From: Candidatus Gastranaerophilales bacterium
GTDB lineage: Bacteria; Cyanobacteriota; Vampirovibrionia; Gastranaerophilales; Gastranaerophilaceae
Assembly: GCA_017461425.1 (NCBI GenBank)
Contig: JAFTXY010000010.1
Span: 1-49,709 of the forward strand
DNA length: 49,709 bases
Direction: 5' to 3'
How positions within the stretch are numbered: position 1 is the first letter of the stretch; each line of letters opens with the position of its first letter. Below the pieces are notes generated by a model, which saw nothing but the letters and a program-made list of their open reading frames with translations, made no database searches and had not been told where the DNA came from. Positions 47,594 through 49,709 of this stretch are shown here, one piece after another. Both the position numbers and the translations under genes were made by a program.

Positions 47594-47796
47594 CATCGTA
47601 TAGTCTATGATTTGTATTTTTGAATTGATAAAATACAAATCATTTAAATTAGCATCTATATAATCGTAAATCTCTTCTATGTTTTTAATTTTAGGTTTAA
47701 TCATATTAAACAATCTCATTTAAAATAATAAATAATCATTACATATATTTGATTTGTTTAAAATAAACTGTAAAATCTTGCAGTTTAAAAACATTA

Positions 47797-47822
47797 TATC
47801 ATGATGCCTTCATGATATAATG
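47797..47822. promoter_or_regulatory. 10-bp-arm inverted repeat tatatcatga-tgcct-tcatgatata in the promoter region of the 47853 gene. Candidate operator.
   Basis: Perfect dyad ~30 nt upstream of the likely ATG/RBS. Confidence 0.3.
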
Positions 47823-47852
47823 TAATTGTTTAACTGTTTGGAGAAAATTATA

Positions 47853-48260
47853 ATGAGTTATGTTTGTAAAAATTGTGGTAAACTAATTACAAAACAAGAA
47901 TATATTGATAATTCTAGAAATAAAGGGCGATTTTTATTATTTTGTGTAATAATTTTGTGCTTCATGGCAGTAATTTTAATTCCTGTTGGTATAATTCTGC
48001 TAATTATTGTGAATAATAAGACCGCAGAAAATAAGTGCCCATATTGTAAAATGAAAGACTGTATTATTCCCAATGATACACCAATTGCTGCAGAATTAAT
48101 TAACAAAACATACAAAAAAGAAGATTTGAAAGAATTTTGCGCAAAAGAAAAAGCGCAGGAAATTAATAAAGAAAACCATAAAAATATTCAAAGAGGCTGT
48201 GCAATATTTTTATGGTTGTTAATTGTTGTAATGGCTATTGCAGCTTCAATAAGCAAATAA
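47853..48260 (+). CDS. Membrane protein with N-terminal and internal zinc-ribbon CxxC pairs (~135 aa from the ATG at 47853).
   Basis: The track start at 47826 is a TTG. ATG at 47853 has a GGAGAAA RBS. CKNCGK...CPYCKMKDC plus two TM helices. Confidence 0.5.
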   Translation: MSYVCKNCGKLITKQEYIDNSRNKGRFLLFCVIILCFMAVILIPVGIILLIIVNNKTAENKCPYCKMKDCIIPNDTPIAAELINKTYKKEDLKEFCAKEKAQEINKENHKNIQRGCAIFLWLLIVVMAIAASISK

Positions 48261-48479
48261 AACCTATTTTTTTGTTAATTTAAATATGTTTAAATTAGTC
48301 ACTTTGTTTATTTGGCTTTGTTTATAAATTTGGCATAATTAAATATTTTGTAATTTTACAAAATGTGCAATAAATAGTTTTTACAAAGCAACTATTCTGT
48401 TTTTTAAATTTTCAATTACATATTTTTCAAAAATGTCCGTTTATCTATATTGACCATTTAGGTATAGTTATACAAAGAA

Positions 48480-48881
48480 CTATTTTTTACTCAATAAACT
48501 TGGCAATATATTTGAAGTATACGCAAATGATTGTGGTGGAACAAAATTTATATTTTCATCAATAGGATTAATCGGGCTAGTTAAGTGTTCATATTTTTTT
48601 ATAACAATTGCATATCCCGTATTTTTGCCATCAAAATATTTAAAAAAACTTTTTTTATTTATTCCTGCTTTTGATTTACAAGTCTTCCATAATTCTTGCG
48701 GATTATCTTCAATGATTGTTTCTATAAATATTTTTCCAACAATCTGTTTTACTGGTGCAGACGAATACACCCAAATTTCAGATACTTTTTCTTTAAAAAT
48801 TGATTTTCTAAATTCGTACAATTTTAAGCCTTTTTTAATTTTTTCTACATATTTTGGCTTAATTGATAGTATAACGCTCAT
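48480..48881 (-). CDS. ASCH-domain (PUA-like fold) protein, 133 aa.
   Basis: N-terminus ILSIKPKYVEKIKKGLKLYEFRK is the ASCH beta-barrel signature (compare E. coli YqfB / TRIP4 ASCH). Confidence 0.55.
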   Translation of the reverse strand: MSVILSIKPKYVEKIKKGLKLYEFRKSIFKEKVSEIWVYSSAPVKQIVGKIFIETIIEDNPQELWKTCKSKAGINKKSFFKYFDGKNTGYAIVIKKYEHLTSPINPIDENINFVPPQSFAYTSNILPSLLSKK

Positions 48882-49709
48882 CTATATTTCCTTTGATTAA
48901 TTCTCTATATTGCTCATCTGTAATTTCTCGTATTGAATATATATTTCCAGTTATATTTAGTTTAGGCAACTCGTTAAGTTTAATTTCTTTTTTCAAATGA
49001 AAATTTTCATTAAAAAGTAAAACCAATGCTTCTTTTTCGCATATTTTTTTTATCTCATTAAAATTGAATACTGTTCTTTTTGCAATTAATTTTGACACAA
49101 GTTCAGGGTCTGTCATTTTTGAATACACATTTTGAACTGTGCAAAGTGTAGTTAATGCCATTCGTTCTTTTGATTGATAAAATAGAAGTATATCACCCTT
49201 GTTGACTTTAGTTGTATTAGCATTGCAAATATAAGCTTTTTTTATGCAGTTACTTTCACTGTAATTAAATAGATTTAAACCAAGCTGATAAACATCACCT
49301 TTACTATCAGGAAATAATCTTTTATGAAATTCGGGTTGTATTGGTATCAAATGTTTTTTGACGGTATTACCTTGATAAAATGCGGGATAATAAGTGTTAT
49401 TGTAATCCACTACTTCATCTGCATTAGTGATGCTTGTACTTTTGTTTGCCGTAATTTGTTTTAAAAAAACATCTTCATTGTTTGCATTTAAACCAATACG
49501 CTTAAAACCAAAGCTTTCAATTAGGTTTACCAAGTAATCATTTTCTTCTATAAAATGCGTAAGATAAATTTCTTCTAAATTATTTTTGCAGGCAAATTTA
49601 ATAGCTAAATCAATTAAGCGCTCACCTAATTTGAAACCTCTTGCGTGGTTAGCAACTTTAAAGGTGCATATTTTTAAAATTTTACCTTTAATAGTAATTG
49701 GGCTATTAC
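48859..49709 (-). CDS. GNAT-family acetyltransferase domain fused to a C-terminal domain of unknown function. 5' end lies beyond the window.
   Basis: The track M at 49533 is a TTG inside an open frame running to 49709. Upstream residues ...TFKVANHARGFKLGERLIDLAIKFA... fit GNAT motif A. Overlaps the ASCH gene by 23 nt. Confidence 0.5.
   Translation of the reverse strand, partial: NSPITIKGKILKICTFKVANHARGFKLGERLIDLAIKFACKNNLEEIYLTHFIEENDYLVNLIESFGFKRIGLNANNEDVFLKQITANKSTSITNADEVVDYNNTYYPAFYQGNTVKKHLIPIQPEFHKRLFPDSKGDVYQLGLNLFNYSESNCIKKAYICNANTTKVNKGDILLFYQSKERMALTTLCTVQNVYSKMTDPELVSKLIAKRTVFNFNEIKKICEKEALVLLFNENFHLKKEIKLNELPKLNITGNIYSIREITDEQYRELIKGNIDERYTIN

Noticed and set aside
47426-47719. 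Track ORF 47426..47719 (-), 97 aa
   Set aside because: Its C-terminal half is encoded antisense to tRNA-Gln and its terminator. Most likely spurious.
1-49709. Alternative genetic code (TAA or TGA recoding), suggested by the in-frame stop in the resolvase
   Set aside because: All other genes, including ORFs of 1640, 963 and 675 aa, are uninterrupted under the standard code. The resolvase stop is better explained as a nonsense mutation.
1-49709. CRISPR arrays
   Set aside because: No regularly spaced short direct repeats with unique spacers were seen. The only multi-copy repeats are the tRNA-His att units and the GC-rich border elements.

Overview
AT-rich (about 28-30% GC) bacterial chromosomal window, standard genetic code, in three parts.

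(1) 1-6120: a phage-derived DNA-packaging module on the minus strand (small terminase-like, large terminase, putative portal, head-morphogenesis/scaffold-like genes). It is bracketed by two GC-rich, imperfectly inverted repeat elements at 1-113 and 5913-6120.

(2) 6280-19200: an accessory region anchored on tRNA-His (6280..6356). A ~131-nt unit (tRNA 3' end + intrinsic terminator + degenerate T-arm-like spacer) recurs four times, at 6343-6473, 6474-6561, 15429-15564 and 17946-18035. These copies partition the DNA into stacked integrated islands.
- Island 1 (~6562-15428) carries a small serine recombinase (resolvase) gene killed by an in-frame TAA at codon 7. It also carries a tightly coupled minus-strand operon: PIF1/RecD-like SF1 helicase, then a 1640-aa Type ISP-like single-chain Mrr-nuclease/SF2-helicase/gamma-N6A-methyltransferase/TRD enzyme, then a DUF4263/Shedu-like PD-(D/E)xK nuclease.
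- Island 2 (15565-17945) is a single 675-aa membrane-anchored protein of unknown function.
- Just beyond the last att copy lies a 380-aa protein: MORN/YwqK-like repeats fused to a DarT/Tpt1-like ADP-ribosyltransferase domain, with no DarG-type macrodomain partner nearby.

(3) 19286-49709: mostly core chromosome.
- Two cell-envelope glycan clusters. One has a DXD glycosyltransferase, a GlnE-like nucleotidyltransferase, a UbiA prenyltransferase and tandem GT-C-like membrane paralogs with homogenised 5' ends. The other has LicD, TagD-like cytidylyltransferase, GT8 and rmlCBD.
- Housekeeping genes: beta-carbonic anhydrase, gdhA, SPFH protein, corA, ruvX/yqgF + DUF1292, M16 peptidase, rpsA, ispH, class II aldolase, uridine-kinase family, and tRNA-Gln(UUG) at 47473..47545.
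- An ASCH + GNAT gene pair at the window end.

No CRISPR array and no rRNA were found. The best candidates for novelty are the helicase/Type-ISP-like/DUF4263 operon, the orphan MORN-DarT-like fusion, the single-gene island, and the multi-copy tRNA-His att array.
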